A stretch of DNA of 64,000 bases from Eledone cirrhosa (Eukaryota), in NCBI GenBank assembly GCA_964016885.1, contig OZ024744.1, positions 32,488,001 through 32,552,000 of the forward strand, written 5' to 3'. Within the stretch, counting starts at the first letter, position 1. Each line of letters starts with the position of its first letter. The translations under genes were made by a program, and so were the position numbers. This document shows positions 1 through 13,700 of the stretch, piece by piece. The notes under the pieces are model-generated. The model was not told where the DNA came from and did no database searches. It was given only the letters and a program-made list of their open reading frames with translations.

Positions 1-208
1 TGTATATGTATGTATATGTATATGTATGTATGTGTATATGTATGTATGTGTATATGTATGTATATGTATATGTATATGTGTATGTATGTATGTATGTATG
101 TATGTATATATGTATGTGTATATGTATGTATGTGTGTATGTATGTATGTGTGTATGTATATGTGTATGTATGTGTATATGTATGTATATATGTATGTATA
201 TATATATG
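1..208. repeat. (TATG)n/(TA)n/(TG)n compound microsatellite
   Basis: Directly visible. Confidence 0.95.
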
Positions 209-830
209 TCAGGTCACCAGTTGGTGCTACTGGTCACCAGTTGGTGCTACTGGTAACATGTATCCCAGTACAACCTGTCTCATGGTCGGGTCGTTGGCGA
301 CTAAACTGGCAACCCCACCAAGGTTTCTTGGTGAGGAGGGTGACTTTGGACATCCTGCAGGACTAAAAACAAAACCTGTCAAAGGGCAAAGGAGCTCTTA
401 AGAGTCAATGGCCATCCAAAATCACCGGGAGAGATGACCCCTTAGCCTTTGTCAAGGCAGAATTCTAGGAGAAGGAAAACTCTGATATAACACCTGCAAC
501 CCTGATGGTATCCAATGATGTTGACTTGTTCTTCTTTTTGGTAAATATCATCTTGGTTAAGAGAGTGGGACTGGCTTTGTGCAGTGCCTTTGCTCACTAT
601 AAAAGCTTCACGGCACAGGCATTGCTTTGTATCTGGAGATCTCTCTGCACTTGTCCTCACATGGTACCATGCACTATGTGTCAATAATTGTCACAAGTGT
701 AGTGTTTGTACCAGAGTTTTCAAGTCGCTGGCTGGACTAAAAAGTCACACTCGTTCAGTGCTTCGGTAGGGGTTCTCCTACATGGATATAAAGTAGTGGC
801 CGTACTCGAAAACGAGTTGGCAGCCACCAT
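209..830 (+). mobile_element. Internally deleted RTE-type LINE derivative (5' UTR joined to 3' end)
   Basis: RTE-like UTR motif ctaggagaaggaaaactctgat near 465; UTR homologous to 32935-33075; 3' part encodes C2H2 finger CHKCSVCTRVFKSLAGLKSHTRS; (TATG)n on both sides. Confidence 0.55.
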
Positions 831-848
831 GTATGTATGTATGTATGT

Positions 849-1580
849 TCTTCTGGTTTTATAATTTCACTAATGTTTGCCAATAGAGAGAGAGTCGGTT
901 TCTAACATAGACACAATACTCTCTCATTGGAATTTACGCAACATCAACTAGATATGTATGTATGCATGCATGTGTAGATATGGATGTTATTGTATGTGTG
1001 GATGTGTATGTTTTGAGTTGTATGTGTGCATATGTATATGCAATTATTCGGTGCAGAATTTTTTGAATGTTTTACATGTTTTTATTGTTCCATTAATGGG
1101 TTGTACTTGTAATTTAATAACTAGTTGTGTTCTTTCTGTTTCTGTGAAGCCTAGCCTCAAGATTTGTATTGAGGCAGTTACTAACATATCCCAGTGCCCC
1201 AATAATCACAGGCATATATCTGAAGGTGTAATCAGGGTGGAGTATCTGCAGATTTCTTATCAGTTCTGCATAAATATTCTCCTTTTTGATAATCTTTGAT
1301 ATTATATTGGCATCTGCTGGGCAGCTAACTTCCACTACTGTGCATGCATTCTTCTCCCTGTCCAGTATCATATCTGGTCTGTTATGCCTGCATTTTATTG
1401 GGGTTTTTACTGGAACATTCCACCAGTACTCTTTCATATTATGTACATATATGTCTTCCACATAGCTGTAGTTTTTAATGTTTATTATCGGGGCTATCTT
1501 TTCTAGGGATTGCCTCATAGGTAGATAGTACCGCGATGAAATCTTTGGACAGCTGCTTATGACATGGGTGACATCTTCGA
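849..1580 (-). mobile_element. R4/Dong-type LINE 3' fragment with restriction-like endonuclease
   Basis: ORF 1114-1632: EDVTHVISSC (CCHC end), NRPDMIL..VVEVSCP..KENIY, PVIIGALG; 5'-truncated at a (TACA)n tract. Confidence 0.85.
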
Positions 1581-1618
1581 TGTATGTATGTATATATGTA
1601 TGTATATATGTATGTATT

Positions 1619-1917
1619 TTGGTAAATATCATCTTGGTTAAGAGAGTGGGACTGGTTTTGTGCAGTGCCTTTGCTCACTATAAAAGTCTCACGGCACAGG
1701 CATTGCTTTATATCTGGAAATCTCTCTGCACTTGTCGTCACATGGTACCATGGGCCCAGCACTATGTGTCAATAATTGTCACAAGTGTAGTGTTTGTACC
1801 AGAGTTTTCAAGTCCCTGGCTGGACTAAAAAGTCACACTCGTTCAGCGCATCGGTAGGGGTTCTCCTACATGGATATAAAGTAGTGGTCGTACTCGAAAA
1901 CGAGTTGGCAGCCACCA
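1619..1917 (+). mobile_element. Second, 5'-truncated copy of the RTE 3' end seen at 539-830
   Basis: Near-identical direct repeat ending gagttggcagccacca then (TATG)n. Confidence 0.8.
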
Positions 1918-1953
1918 TATATGTATGTATGTATATATGTATGTGTGTATGTT

Positions 1954-2023
<70 letters not shown>

Positions 2024-2353
2024 GGGGGGGTGTAGACGCGTGCATGTTCTGCAACAACGAAGGTAGCTTCTGGAATGATAATATAGTGATTAGCTGTTGT
2101 AAGTTAGCCAGCGTGATGTCTAAAAGGATGCAGCGTGATGTCTAAAAGGATGCAGCGTTTCAGTCGTTGCATTTAACTGGTGCAACAGTGAGTCAACATA
2201 TAACACAGCGGTAAAACTTCCTGCAGTCACACATCCTTCTCAACTGTACAGGGCTTGTTTCCAGTAAACTTTCTTACGCAAACTAAGTGAAACACAATTG
2301 TGAGCAATTGTTGCTGATATACATATGTATATGTATATATGCATGTATATCTT

Positions 2354-2491
<138 letters not shown>

Positions 2492-2843
2492 AGAATTTGC
2501 CACTGACCAAGTAGGCAGTGAATTTTTTCAGTGCCCTGGAATCTAGTCCCCGCTAGCTTTTTTCCATCTACTGAATTATTATTTTTATATGGGTTCCTAG
2601 AGTCCGCGCATTGCCTGGGAACCTAGCTGAGAATAGACTCCCTGATGGCGTAAGGACTTCTCTATAGTTGCGTTGCGTAACTATATTTATTCCCTTACAG
2701 AAACTAATTAGTTGGAATGAAAATTTTAGTAAGTAAGTTAATTTTTAAAATGTTCTGATTTTACGTCTTTCATATATATATATATATATATTATAATGAA
2801 ATGACAGGAGGCTGGACTTGTGTAAATCCTTGAAAGGATTATT

Positions 2844-2901
2844 ATACTATGATCATTTCAATGACCGGGTTCAGTATGAATCCGGTGATATCATCAGGTA
2901 T
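2844..2901 (-). ncRNA. Type I hammerhead ribozyme
   Basis: AUAC-CUGAUGA-U[AUCACCGG..CCGGUCAU]U-GAAA-UGAUCA-UA-GUAU. Confidence 0.8.
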
Positions 2902-3034
2902 TCGAAATATAATAAGTGAATGTAATAGATAAAATCCATGGCTAAAAATCAAAGACCCGAGGACGACCGCCATCCACCATCTTCCACCTTTGCGGGTCGC
3001 CCTCAAGTGACGTGGCTAAAGCTTACAGCGTGTT

Positions 3035-3511
3035 ACTACCGGTCAAATAGAGGAAAACAGAAAGTCAGCGTTAATATCATGCCACAAGAAAAAAGAAAGA
3101 AGAGAGAAGAAGGGGGAAGGAAGAAAAGGAAGAAGAAGAGAAGTCAGGGTTAATGTAAGCTATAAGAAGAAAGACAGAAAGAAAGAGGTGGAAAGGTTGG
3201 TATTACAGTCAGGCCAGGAATGTCGCGAAAAAAATGTATTCTAAGGGACCCGTATCTTAACAACTACTACCGGTCAAATATAGGCAAACAAAAAGGCGGA
3301 GGAAGATAAGTCAGCGTTAATATCATGCTACAAGGAGAAAGACAGAAAGAAGGGGGAAGAGAAGGAAGAAAAGGAAGAAGAAGAAAAGTCAGGGTTAATG
3401 GCTACAAGAAGAAAGATAGAAAGAAAGAGGAAGAAAGTTCGGTACTAATGTCAGACTACAGTCAGGCCAGGAATGGCGCGAAAAAAATATTTTCAAAGGG
3501 ACCCGTATCTT
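3035..3511 (+). repeat. Tandem duplication of a ~230-245 bp purine-rich unit (possible LINE 3' UTR)
   Basis: Both units run tactaccggtcaaata...gggacccgtatctta; preceded by RTE-like GRPQVTWL peptide. Confidence 0.7.
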
Positions 3512-3623
3512 AGCATATATATATATTTATATATATATATATATGTGTGTATATGTATATATATATATATATATATGTGTGTGTATGTATATGTATATAT
3601 ATGTATATGTGTGTGTGTGTATG

Positions 3624-3680
<57 letters not shown>

Positions 3681-3704
3681 GTATACACATATATACATAA
3701 ACAT

Positions 3705-6392
3705 ATATTAGTTGGGCTTTATAGGCCACCCCAAACACCCATAATGCGCTCAAAGAATGCCTCAACAGCATTAAGTGCTTTATTCAACAGTGCCATTCAA
3801 ATAACATACTTATGATGGGAGACTTTAATCTACCCTGTGTTGATTGGTCTACAAACAGTTTGAAACCAGGCACTCCCATCTCAACAACTGACAAAGAAGC
3901 AGTCGAGTCACTTCTTGACTTCATAAATGAGCTTTTATTGTCCCAACTTGTCCTTACACCAACAAAATATTAGAAGAACATTTTGGACCTAGTGTTTAGT
4001 AACCACACAAACACTATATATAATATTACAGTGGAAAAAACCCAAATTTCAGACCTTGACATGATTCTCTGTAACCTGAGATTCCACCAGCCAAAAGCTT
4101 GTCCTAGTGACCTCTTTCCTTCCCACCTATTCTATAATTGAATCTACTTTTGGCTCAAGGCCAGCAATTACCCAGTGCATTACTGGTACTTTATTTTATC
4201 GACCCCGTAAGGATGAAAGGCAAAGTTAACCTCTATAATGCCAACTGGGATGCAATCCTGAACGATCTATCACATGTTGACTGGTCTTTCACACGCACAC
4301 ATCTCCACCAACATCAAATAATCATGGCAGATCTTTGTAGACACTGTCACAAACATATGTGAAAAACGCACCCAACCAAGACCTGTGAATAAAACTAAGT
4401 GCACTATCCCCAAAACAGAAAAACTATTATCAGAAAAATAAAAAGAACAAACAAAAGAATTAACAAACAAAAATACTGCCAATAGCAACACACACATTCG
4501 ACGGCTATCGCACTGCTTGAATAAAATAAATATAACCTCCAGCAATGCATGATCACCATCATCAATAACCAAAGAACAGCTGAAGAGAAGTAGGCCATTG
4601 AGAAAATCAAACTCAACCCCAAAGTGTTCTTTTTATATGCGAAAAACACAAGGTCACTGTCTCCACTGTTGGCCCTCTAATTGATGAAAATGGCACTCTC
4701 CAAGATAATGTCAAAACCATGGGCGAGATACTGCAGAAACAATACTGCTCTGTTTTCAGCAATCCTGATATGGCCGATCTGGGCCGTATCAGTGATGTTA
4801 ATCCCCAACACACTATATCGGACATAACGTTAAATACAATTCAGCACTAGGCCCTGATAGGTTCCCTGCTTGTGTCCTGAAGGTGTGTCGACACCAACTT
4901 GCATCTCCTCTTGCTAATCTGTGGAGGAACTCAATGGATGCTGGATATATTCCTGAAAACGTTGTGTCCCAGTCTGTTGTCCAACTTTTCAAAAAGGAAA
5001 ACAAATCTCTTGCCGTGAATTAACGTCCAATCTCACTCTCATATCATTAAGGTATTTGAGACGGTGGTGAGATCACGAATAACCCACTTTCTTGAAAGCA
5101 ACAGACTGCTCAACTCCAACTAACATGGGTTCCGTAATGGAAGGGACTGCCTAACGCAGCTCCTGCATCACTTTGATGACATTTTGAGAGCTTTGGTAGG
5201 GGCTCCAACACTGATGTCATCTACCTTGATTTCAGCAAGGCCTTTGACATGATTGATCACAACATTCTACTGAAAAAAAAACTGGAAAAGCTGTTGTAGT
5301 GGACCAAATGTTTCCTGACAGACAGAGCCCAACATGTTGCAGTCGAAGGAGCAAAATCCAGCCCAGCCAATGTCATTGGTGGTGTTCCGCAAAGCACTGT
5401 GTGGGTCCACTTCTTTTCATTATCTATATTAATGACATTACTGACAGTATGAAGCACAACAACATAAACATATTTGCAGATGATTCCAAGCTCCAGAAGG
5501 ACATCAATGGAGTGGGTTACCGGATATGCCTACAGTCAGACCTACTGGCTGTTATCCAATGGATGGAAAAGAATATGCTGCTGAACGAGTATAAATTCGA
5601 GTTAATCCACTTTGGAAAAGATGATGCCCTGAAACTCCCATACTCTCTTCTTTCAGGTGAAACTCTCGTGACATCCAACAACATCAGAGACTTGGGAGTA
5701 ATTATCGACAACACAAGCAGGGTCACTCATATAAACAGCAAAGAAGACATGGCCCGCAGAATGTGTTCCTTCTCTTCTCCACTTTTGTTCGACTCCACCT
5801 TGAATACTGTTATTCACTGCGGTCTCCCCACATGAAACAGAATATCATGAAAACTGAGGCAGCTCAAAGGTCAATCACAAAAGAGATAGATGGCCAGTTA
5901 GGCCTTGACTATTGGGGTCGACTAGAAAAGCTCAAACTTTATTCTTTTCAACGTGGCGTGAGCGCTACATCATCTGCATGATGAGGAAAATATTCCATCA
6001 GCATTGCCCAAATGATGTTGGTATCACCTTTAATGTACATCCAAGACTTGGGCTCCGTGCTATCCGCCCACAACAAAAATCACACTCGCATCTCATAACG
6101 ACAATACTGCACAATTATTTCACCTCAATTGGCCCAGCTCTTTTTAACATTACACCAAAACACATTAAAACGTAAACAGATCCCATGAAATTCAAGAAGT
6201 CTTTGGACAAATTCTCCAATAAATCCCGGATAAACTTCCTACACTCGGATATGTCTCCGTAAACAATAACTCTCTATTTGAGTGGGCCATGGTGTCCAAA
6301 TCCAGATTTGAAATACTTCGCCAGGTGGTGGTTTTAAGTTGGACATGGCCTGGCCCAATACTGGCTGAAACCAATCAAAGTTTTCAAAGTTA
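3705..6392 (+). mobile_element. Degenerate CR1/L2-like LINE ORF2 (APE + RT) and 3' end
   Basis: GLYRPP, GDFNLP, LDLVF (APE); YLDFSKAFD, GVPQ, GPLLFIIYIND, FADDSK (RT); many stops and frameshifts. Confidence 0.85.
4147..4232 (-). mobile_element. SINE fragment (octopus-type) inserted in the CR1-like LINE
   Basis: actggtactttattttatcgaccccgtaaggatgaaaggcaaagt matches my recollection of an abundant octopus SINE; interrupts the LINE; strand inferred. Confidence 0.6.
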
Positions 6393-6574
6393 TACACACA
6401 CACACATATATATATATGCATGTGCATATACATATACATATTTATATATCTACATATAAAACGAGTAAATCAGACAAAGTTGGAATTCCTTTTATTAATA
6501 CAATCTTCTATACACAATCATACACACCCGTGTATATTTATATATATATATATTCATATTGTGTATAAGCCAAC

Positions 6575-9500
6575 ATGTCTGGAAAGCAACAAATGAAATC
6601 AACAGAATCAGAAAGAATTCTAAAGGAGATATCATCGAAATTATCAACACTTATCACGATGATTGACACACAATCCTCTATTTTAAAGGAAATAGAAAAA
6701 CAATATACAGACGGAAAACTTATAACTGAACATATAAACTCTGAAATTAAGAATTTAGCTGAAATTATACCAACAGTTATCAAAGATACAAGAGAAAGCC
6801 TACCACAACCCCCTTGGATGTCAGAACTAAACGAAAGAAATTTGGAAAACAAAACACATCGAATAAGAAAAGAAATGTGGAAGACATGGAAAATATTTCT
6901 TAACATAAGAAAACAAAACTTCTGGAAAGCATACAAATGCGAAAAATATGTCGAAACACTTTCGAAATGGCTCTCTCTAACGGCACCCATACTCCCGCGT
7001 AAATACCTAATTACAGAAATTGCAGGAGAACCAGAAGAAGAAACAAAACTCCGATGGGAACTTACATTCACAAAATTCAGGACCGACATCTCCATTTCTC
7101 AATGTAAAAAATCCCGCTACAAAGCCAAATATGAAGCTATCGATGAACAAATTGAAGTTGAAATTTCAAAGTTAACGACTGGTATTATAGCTGAAAACTA
7201 CGAGAACTATGGATCAGAGATATCTCAAAAGAAGAAAACAAATCAAGAAAGTTATGGCAGCAGAAACAATTATTTCTCGACGAATATGCTGCAAATTACG
7301 GTAAAGACTCTGGAACCCCGAGAAAAAGCATTAAAAGTGGACAATCTCACCAACACAACATACGCCAGAACACGTACCAACACAAACACTCACCTTACCT
7401 TGAATCAAAGAAGAACTACGGTAATAACTCTTCGCTTTTTCTACCAAAACACCCTAACGCACACAACATGAACAAAAAGCGCAAACACGATAGATATTCC
7501 TTTGACCAGACCATGAGAAGTAGTAAAACCAGGAGATCATTCTCAAGATCTCAACAGAGACTACCCGCAAGGAACGGGGAAAAAAACGTAGAATAACCAG
7601 ATCACTCTCAAGATCTCAACAGAGACTACCCACAAGAAACTGGGCGAAAAAAACGATCTAAACCTGAAAGCAAACCTAGGTCATTTCCCCAGATTGTTAA
7701 AAATAATGCTAACAAGAAATGGAAAAATAATATACATAATACCACAAATAGGACAAAATACATAACGAAACCAAATATAATATCACGACCAAAAGTTCAT
7801 CAAGCAAACACCAACAGGAATATAAATCCTGAACAAAGAAAAATAATTTTTTTAACGTCAGGACAACAAAAACCGGAAAAAGAAAAACTCCGGGAGAAAA
7901 CATACCCAAAACAACTGTACACATAGATCCTAAAATAATTAATTTATCCAAAAGAGATCTTGACAATGATGAAATGAAAATTCTGTCAAAAGGACTGAAA
8001 TTCACACCGACTCCAACAGTCAATCACCAATAACTGAAGGAGGATACCCAAGAATTCTGTCGAAAATTACGTCTTGTAGAATTCTTCGCTGATAAAAGTA
8101 ATGAGAGTGATGAATCACTAGTAAAGAATAAATCAAATTTCACTCCGCCAAAAGGAAGAAATATCTATCTCGACCAATACATTGACATCCTGTCTAAATT
8201 TCCTCTTAGACGTAATACTAATGTCAGGCCAAACATTAACAAATCAGAAATGTCTGCACTTAAACGTATACAAAATGTTAAAACAATAATAATTAAACAA
8301 GCAGATAAAGGGGCTGCAGTTGTTATAATGGATGCTGAATACTACAAGGATTTGGTTGAGGAACAACTGAAAGACACAACATTCTATCATGAAATACCGT
8401 CAAATATAGACCACAACATCATGAAGAAGATCAACAACCTGGCTTCAAAATACCACAACTCACTTACTGATAAGGAAAGAGACTACATCACCAATTTTGA
8501 GCCCAAACCAGGCAACCTGTAACGCCTACCGAAAGTTCATAAGTCAAAAGAAATACAACTGGCAGTAAAAGAACAAAACAGTGAGTACATTAAATTACTA
8601 CACCCAAAAGACTTAAAACTTAGATCTATTATAGCTGGTCCAACATGCCCCACCCACCGTCTAAGCAATTTTGTTGACATTATTTTGAAACCACTATGTA
8701 TTCACATACCCAGTTTCACCCGGGTTGATATCGACTTCCTGTCCCATCTTCCCAAAACCACGGAAACGAATTCACTTCTACTTAGTTTTGATGTGGTAAA
8801 CCTTTACGCCAACATTACACAAGGCGGTTAAATACTGGGTGGAAAAACATAGAGAAGTGATTCCCACCAGATTCACAGCGCCATTTATATTAGACGCAGT
8901 TAAACTTATTCTGGAAAACAACACTTTCTTCTTCAATGGAAAGAATTACATCCAAATTAGAGGCACAGCGATGGAACGAAGTTTCTCCCGTTTACGCGAA
9001 CTCTGTAATGGGATACTTAGAACAACAACTCTACCAAGAAATAGAGGAAAAATATAGTAGTGACTTTAGAAAGTACATTGAAAAATCTTGGAAGAGATAC
9101 CTTGACGACTGTTTCATCATCTGGACAGAATCTCTAGATACTCTGGATGAGTTCAATATCCTCCTGAATAACTTACACCCATCTCTCCAATTCACAAAAG
9201 AGACGAGTAGTACCAAATTACCATTCCTAGATATAATGATAATCAAAAACGACACCACCATTACCACGGATATATATTATAAACACACAGACACCCATCA
9301 ATATCTGAATTTTAAGTCGTGCCATCCACCTCATACAAAACGCAACATCCCATACTGCCTAGCCAGAAGAATTTGTACCATTGTAGAAGATACGAATACC
9401 AGGTACAAACGCCTAACAGAACTAAGAGCATTTTTGCTCAAACAAAAATACCCATCTCTACTTATAGAAAATGGCATACAGCGGGCTATAAAAATACCTA

Positions 9501-10132
9501 TACAACAACTTAGGACAACCCAAGGAAGAAGAAACCAAGAACTGGTCATACCATTTATAATGACACACAACTCATGTCACCAGAATATCTTCAACTCTGC
9601 CAAAGCAAAGCTACCGATCATTGCTCAAAGTAATGAATTAAAAGGCTTAATCACAGATCGATCTTTGACTCTTAGTAAAAGACAGCCGAAAAATTTGAAG
9701 CAATTACTAACAAAAGCAAAGTTTGACCTTAACAACCAATCATTCACTGTATCTAAATGCAATGATAGTCGATGTGGCACATGTCAATCCATACACGCCG
9801 GTCAATATCTGAAAACAAAAACTGGAAAAATATTCCCAAATGCAAATATGAACTGCAAAAGCAGAAATCTAATTTACTGCATTAAATGCCCGAATTGTGA
9901 AGAACTATATGTCGGTCAAACTTGGAATGCACTATCGGAACGTGCACGGGTACACCGACAGCAAATCAGAGACCCAAATGTCCGTCAGATACCCCTAAGT
10001 AACCATCTAGCAACATGTGGTCAGGGAATATTTATAATATTCCCATTCTTACACAGCCCAAGTGAAATCAAGAGAAAAATCAAAGAAAGGAATTTTATTG
10101 ATAAATTCAAACCCAAGCTAAATGAACAATAA
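6575..10132 (+). pseudogene. PLE polyprotein (RT + GIY-YIG endonuclease), disrupted
   Basis: KQADKGAAVV, LPKVHK, SFDVVNLY, RGTAM, RYLDD, LPFLD, CNDSRCGTC, LIYCIKC..LYVGQT; several stops and frameshifts. Confidence 0.9.
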
Positions 10133-10483
10133 TAATGGGGTATTAATCCTACTATGACTATGACTACGACCACTAACAACAACAACAACAATAATAATAA
10201 TAAAAGTGATGTTGATGGTGATGATTACTAGAAAATGCTATTTTCATCATTTCTAAAAATAGCAAAACAATTGATGCTTTGGATAGGGTCAATTAGTTAG
10301 ACATGCTCAACCAACCGTGACGCCTAAACCAATCAGCTTTAGAAGCTACACACCGATTGGTCGAAATACAGTTTGCAAGATTTAGCATTCTGGATCCACT
10401 TTTCACTGTATATAAGGCACACAATTTACCCATCTCATTACAGTTGAAAATTGCAAAGTTTACTGTCACCACACAATATGAAG

Positions 10484-10511
10484 CTGAAGATTGCGAAAGC
10501 ATGAAAGTACT
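10484..10511 (+). ncRNA. Degenerate hammerhead motif in the PLE 3' pLTR
   Basis: CUGAAGA-U-UGC-GAAA-GCA-U-GAAA-GUAC-UU; no convincing stem I. Confidence 0.45.
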
Positions 10512-10671
10512 TGTTGAATTAACAATTAACATTTAATATTCTACCATTCTATTTCATTCTAATACCATTATAAATTTTAAAGGATTGTAAATAAAACGAG
10601 TAAATCAGACAAAGTTGGAATTCCTTTTATTAATATAATCTTGTATACACAATCATACACCACCCGTGTAT

Positions 10672-10680
10672 ATCTATCTC

Positions 10681-10774
<94 letters not shown>
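10672..10774. repeat. (TATC)n tract; others at 14252-14323 and 20143-20231, and as (GATA)n at 29943-30002, 30683-30734, 32436-32515, 39461-39510
   Basis: Directly visible. Confidence 0.95.
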
Positions 10775-10779
<5 letters not shown>

Positions 10780-13700
10780 GTCTGACGTGTGAAACAACGC
10801 CGGTAAGTTTTTTGTTAATTTCTATGCAAAAAGCCGATCTAATTGTTTGAAAAAATACAACACTTTGTAGATTAACCCCCAAGCTGAATTGTCAGCTGGG
10901 TGGTAATCCCATTTTTCGCCCCTGTAGGGGCGAAAATTTTATTTTAAAAATTTGCTTTAAAATATCAGATTTTACAAAGTAAAAAACTTGAGCAACACTA
11001 GAACGCTGGAGAACGTTAATAGAGAAAAGAGAGAGAAAGAGGCAGATATTAACGTTATATCTGCTTCTACTACTATGGACGTTGCCATAGATACAACTGT
11101 CACAAAAGAAAAAAATATATTAACATTTGAAAATTTTACAATTTCTACCGACGTGGGTAAACCGCAGTGGGACATCTAGATCGTATTTAGATAGGTTCTT
11201 CATTAGAGAAAGGGACAAGGATATATTAAGCTGTCCACGAATGCATATGGTTGCCTATTCAGATCACAAGTTAGTCGTCTGCTTAGTCAACCGTGATAGA
11301 ATACATAGACAAGGTCCCGGATACTGGAAGCTGAACGTGTCGTTGCCGGCACGTAAAGCTTACAGTGAACGGATAAGTAGACTAGTCAAGCAACAGTTAA
11401 CGGGAGCCATCGTCAACAATATATGGTGGTACTCTCTCAAGAAAGCAATTAGAATAGAATCGATAGGTTATAGCAGAGAGTTAGCCTTAGAGAAAAACAG
11501 AATAGAAAGAGAACTAGTAGCCAAGGTAGAGGAGGCACTTAGAAGTGGCAACGCGGCTAGAAGGTTAGCGTCGAGGCACTGGACCAGTTCTTCGATGCGA
11601 AACACGAAGGCTGCGTGGTCAGAAGCAAAACACGTGCTCTAGGAAACGAAGGAGCGAAAGCTGTCAGCTGGGCCCGAGTGGCGGAGGCAAAAAAGTGGCA
11701 ACAAGTCCACGATTCGGTCTTTGAAAGACCAAAACGGACGCGTGCTACTTGACCCCAAGCAAATGTGCGCGGCCTTTCAGCGGCACTTTGCGCGACAGTT
11801 TGAGCAGAACGACGGTGAGCCGAACGGGGCAATGGACTTTAGTTCATACCTCGACGGCCTGCCGCGTCTCTCGAACACGGACGCCGAGTTCTGCGAAAGA
11901 CCGATCACGGAGACTGAGATACGGGACGCTCTGGGCCGCTGCGGGAAACGCAAGTCACCCGGTCTAGATGGTCTACCCTACGAATTTTACATAGGCATGC
12001 CGGACTTGTTCTCTGGCGTCCTCGAAGCCGTCTACTGCAGAACGGGAGAATTCCCAGTTCTGCAGGCAAGGGCGTAGTAACGCTGATCAGGAAAGACGAG
12101 AACAAGGGGGACGAAATTAACAACTTCAGGCCCATAACTCTGCTCAACACAGAGTTAAAGATTTTGGCCAAGGTGCTAGCGACGAGGTTGGCGCTTGTCG
12201 TCGAGAACCTGGTAGGGAAAGCGCAAACGTGTGCAATCCCAACCAGGTCCATACACGACAACCTCCACCTCATGCAATACATCATAGAGAGGGTGGGTAG
12301 TAAACCCGGCTTCGGTGGGGCTCTGATCAACTTGGATCAGTCTAAGGCATTCGATAGGGTCGACCATCGATACTTGGAAGCGGTTCTCAGGGCGGCCGGT
12401 TTCGGTCCCGTCTTCAGAGGATGGATCGAGGCGATGCACACCAGCATCTGCTCGAGGGTCAAGGTGAACGGCTACCTATCGGAGCCGTTCGCAATCACGC
12501 GTTCCATTCGACAGGGCTGCCCTCTCTCCTCCATTCTGTATGTATTGACTCTAGAGCCACTGCTGCGGAAATTGGAGCTGTTGCAGGGCATCCCTCTAGA
12601 ACCGGGACTGCGCAAAGCGGCGTCGGCTTATGCCGACGACGTAACGGTAATGGTGTCGAGCACCTCGGAAATCGGGGTGATCGGCAACTTACTGAAAGAA
12701 TACGAAACGCTGACGGGAACAAAACTAAACCCAGACAAGTCTCTCGGTTTGCAACTCGGTACGTGGAGAGGCAAACCGATGACATCCGACAGCGTCGTTG
12801 GACGCTGGACGGACGGACCGGTGAAATTGCTCGGGGTTTGGTTCGGTCCAGACCTCCAGGTGGAGAAAAATTGGAACGAGGTCATGGCTAAGGTGTTTGC
12901 ACTCACTCATAAGTGGGCAGAATGCAAACTGTCCTTGAAAGGTCGAGCGGAGGTGGCGAACACTTTCATAGCGTCCGTCATCTACTATTGCTTGACTGTC
13001 GTGCCTTGTCCCCCATGAACACATCGCCAAGATGGAACGCATGCTCTTCCAGTTTCTGTGGAAGAAGCAGGCTCCGCTGGTGAGAAGATCCGTCTGCTGT
13101 CAGCACCCTTCCAACGGAGGGCTGGGAATGCCGTGGCTGATGATGCGCAAACATGCGCTGAGGCTGCGGCATCTCCAGGTATTCCTCACCGACCCCCAAC
13201 CGGTGTGGGTACCGTTTGTGAGAGAGGCTTTGCCACAGCTCGTCTCGCTAACGGAGCTGCAGTCCTGGTTGAAGAAAAGACCGAAAACGATGGGCGCCTG
13301 GCACATTGAATGCGCTCAGGCGCTCACAGTCCTCTGGCAAGCGGGCGCAGAAATCAGTGAAGACTCCACTTCGACATTCTATAGAGGGATTGTACGTTAC
13401 AAGGGCGACGACGTGCTCGGAGAGACTCTGGGCGTCGAAGACAATGAGCTCACCAGTCTGTTTGGTAGGACTTTCCGCCCAGGACCTATGGACAACTTCC
13501 AGAGGTCCCTGGCCTGGCAGTGCTACCGAGGAGTTCTACCGGTTCGTGACAAGATCTACAGGCACGGACGCCCTAGCAGGGATCCTTCCAAGAGGACGTA
13601 TCCAAGATGTGCGCAGGACATTGAAACAGTTCTGCACGCAATTGTACACTGCCCGGGCGTAAGCGACCTGTGGAACTATGCAGAACAACTGCTGTCGCGT

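Larger units (their letters stand above)
6458..10672 (+). mobile_element. Near full-length Penelope-like element, Neptune-type, with ~80 bp direct terminal repeats
   Basis: aaaacgagtaaatcagacaaagttggaattcc...cccgtgtatat at 6458-6537 and 10592-10672; RT and GIY-YIG between. Confidence 0.9.

Noticed and set aside
2636-2690. CUGAUGG motif with a possible stem
   Set aside because: No GAAA or NUH in register
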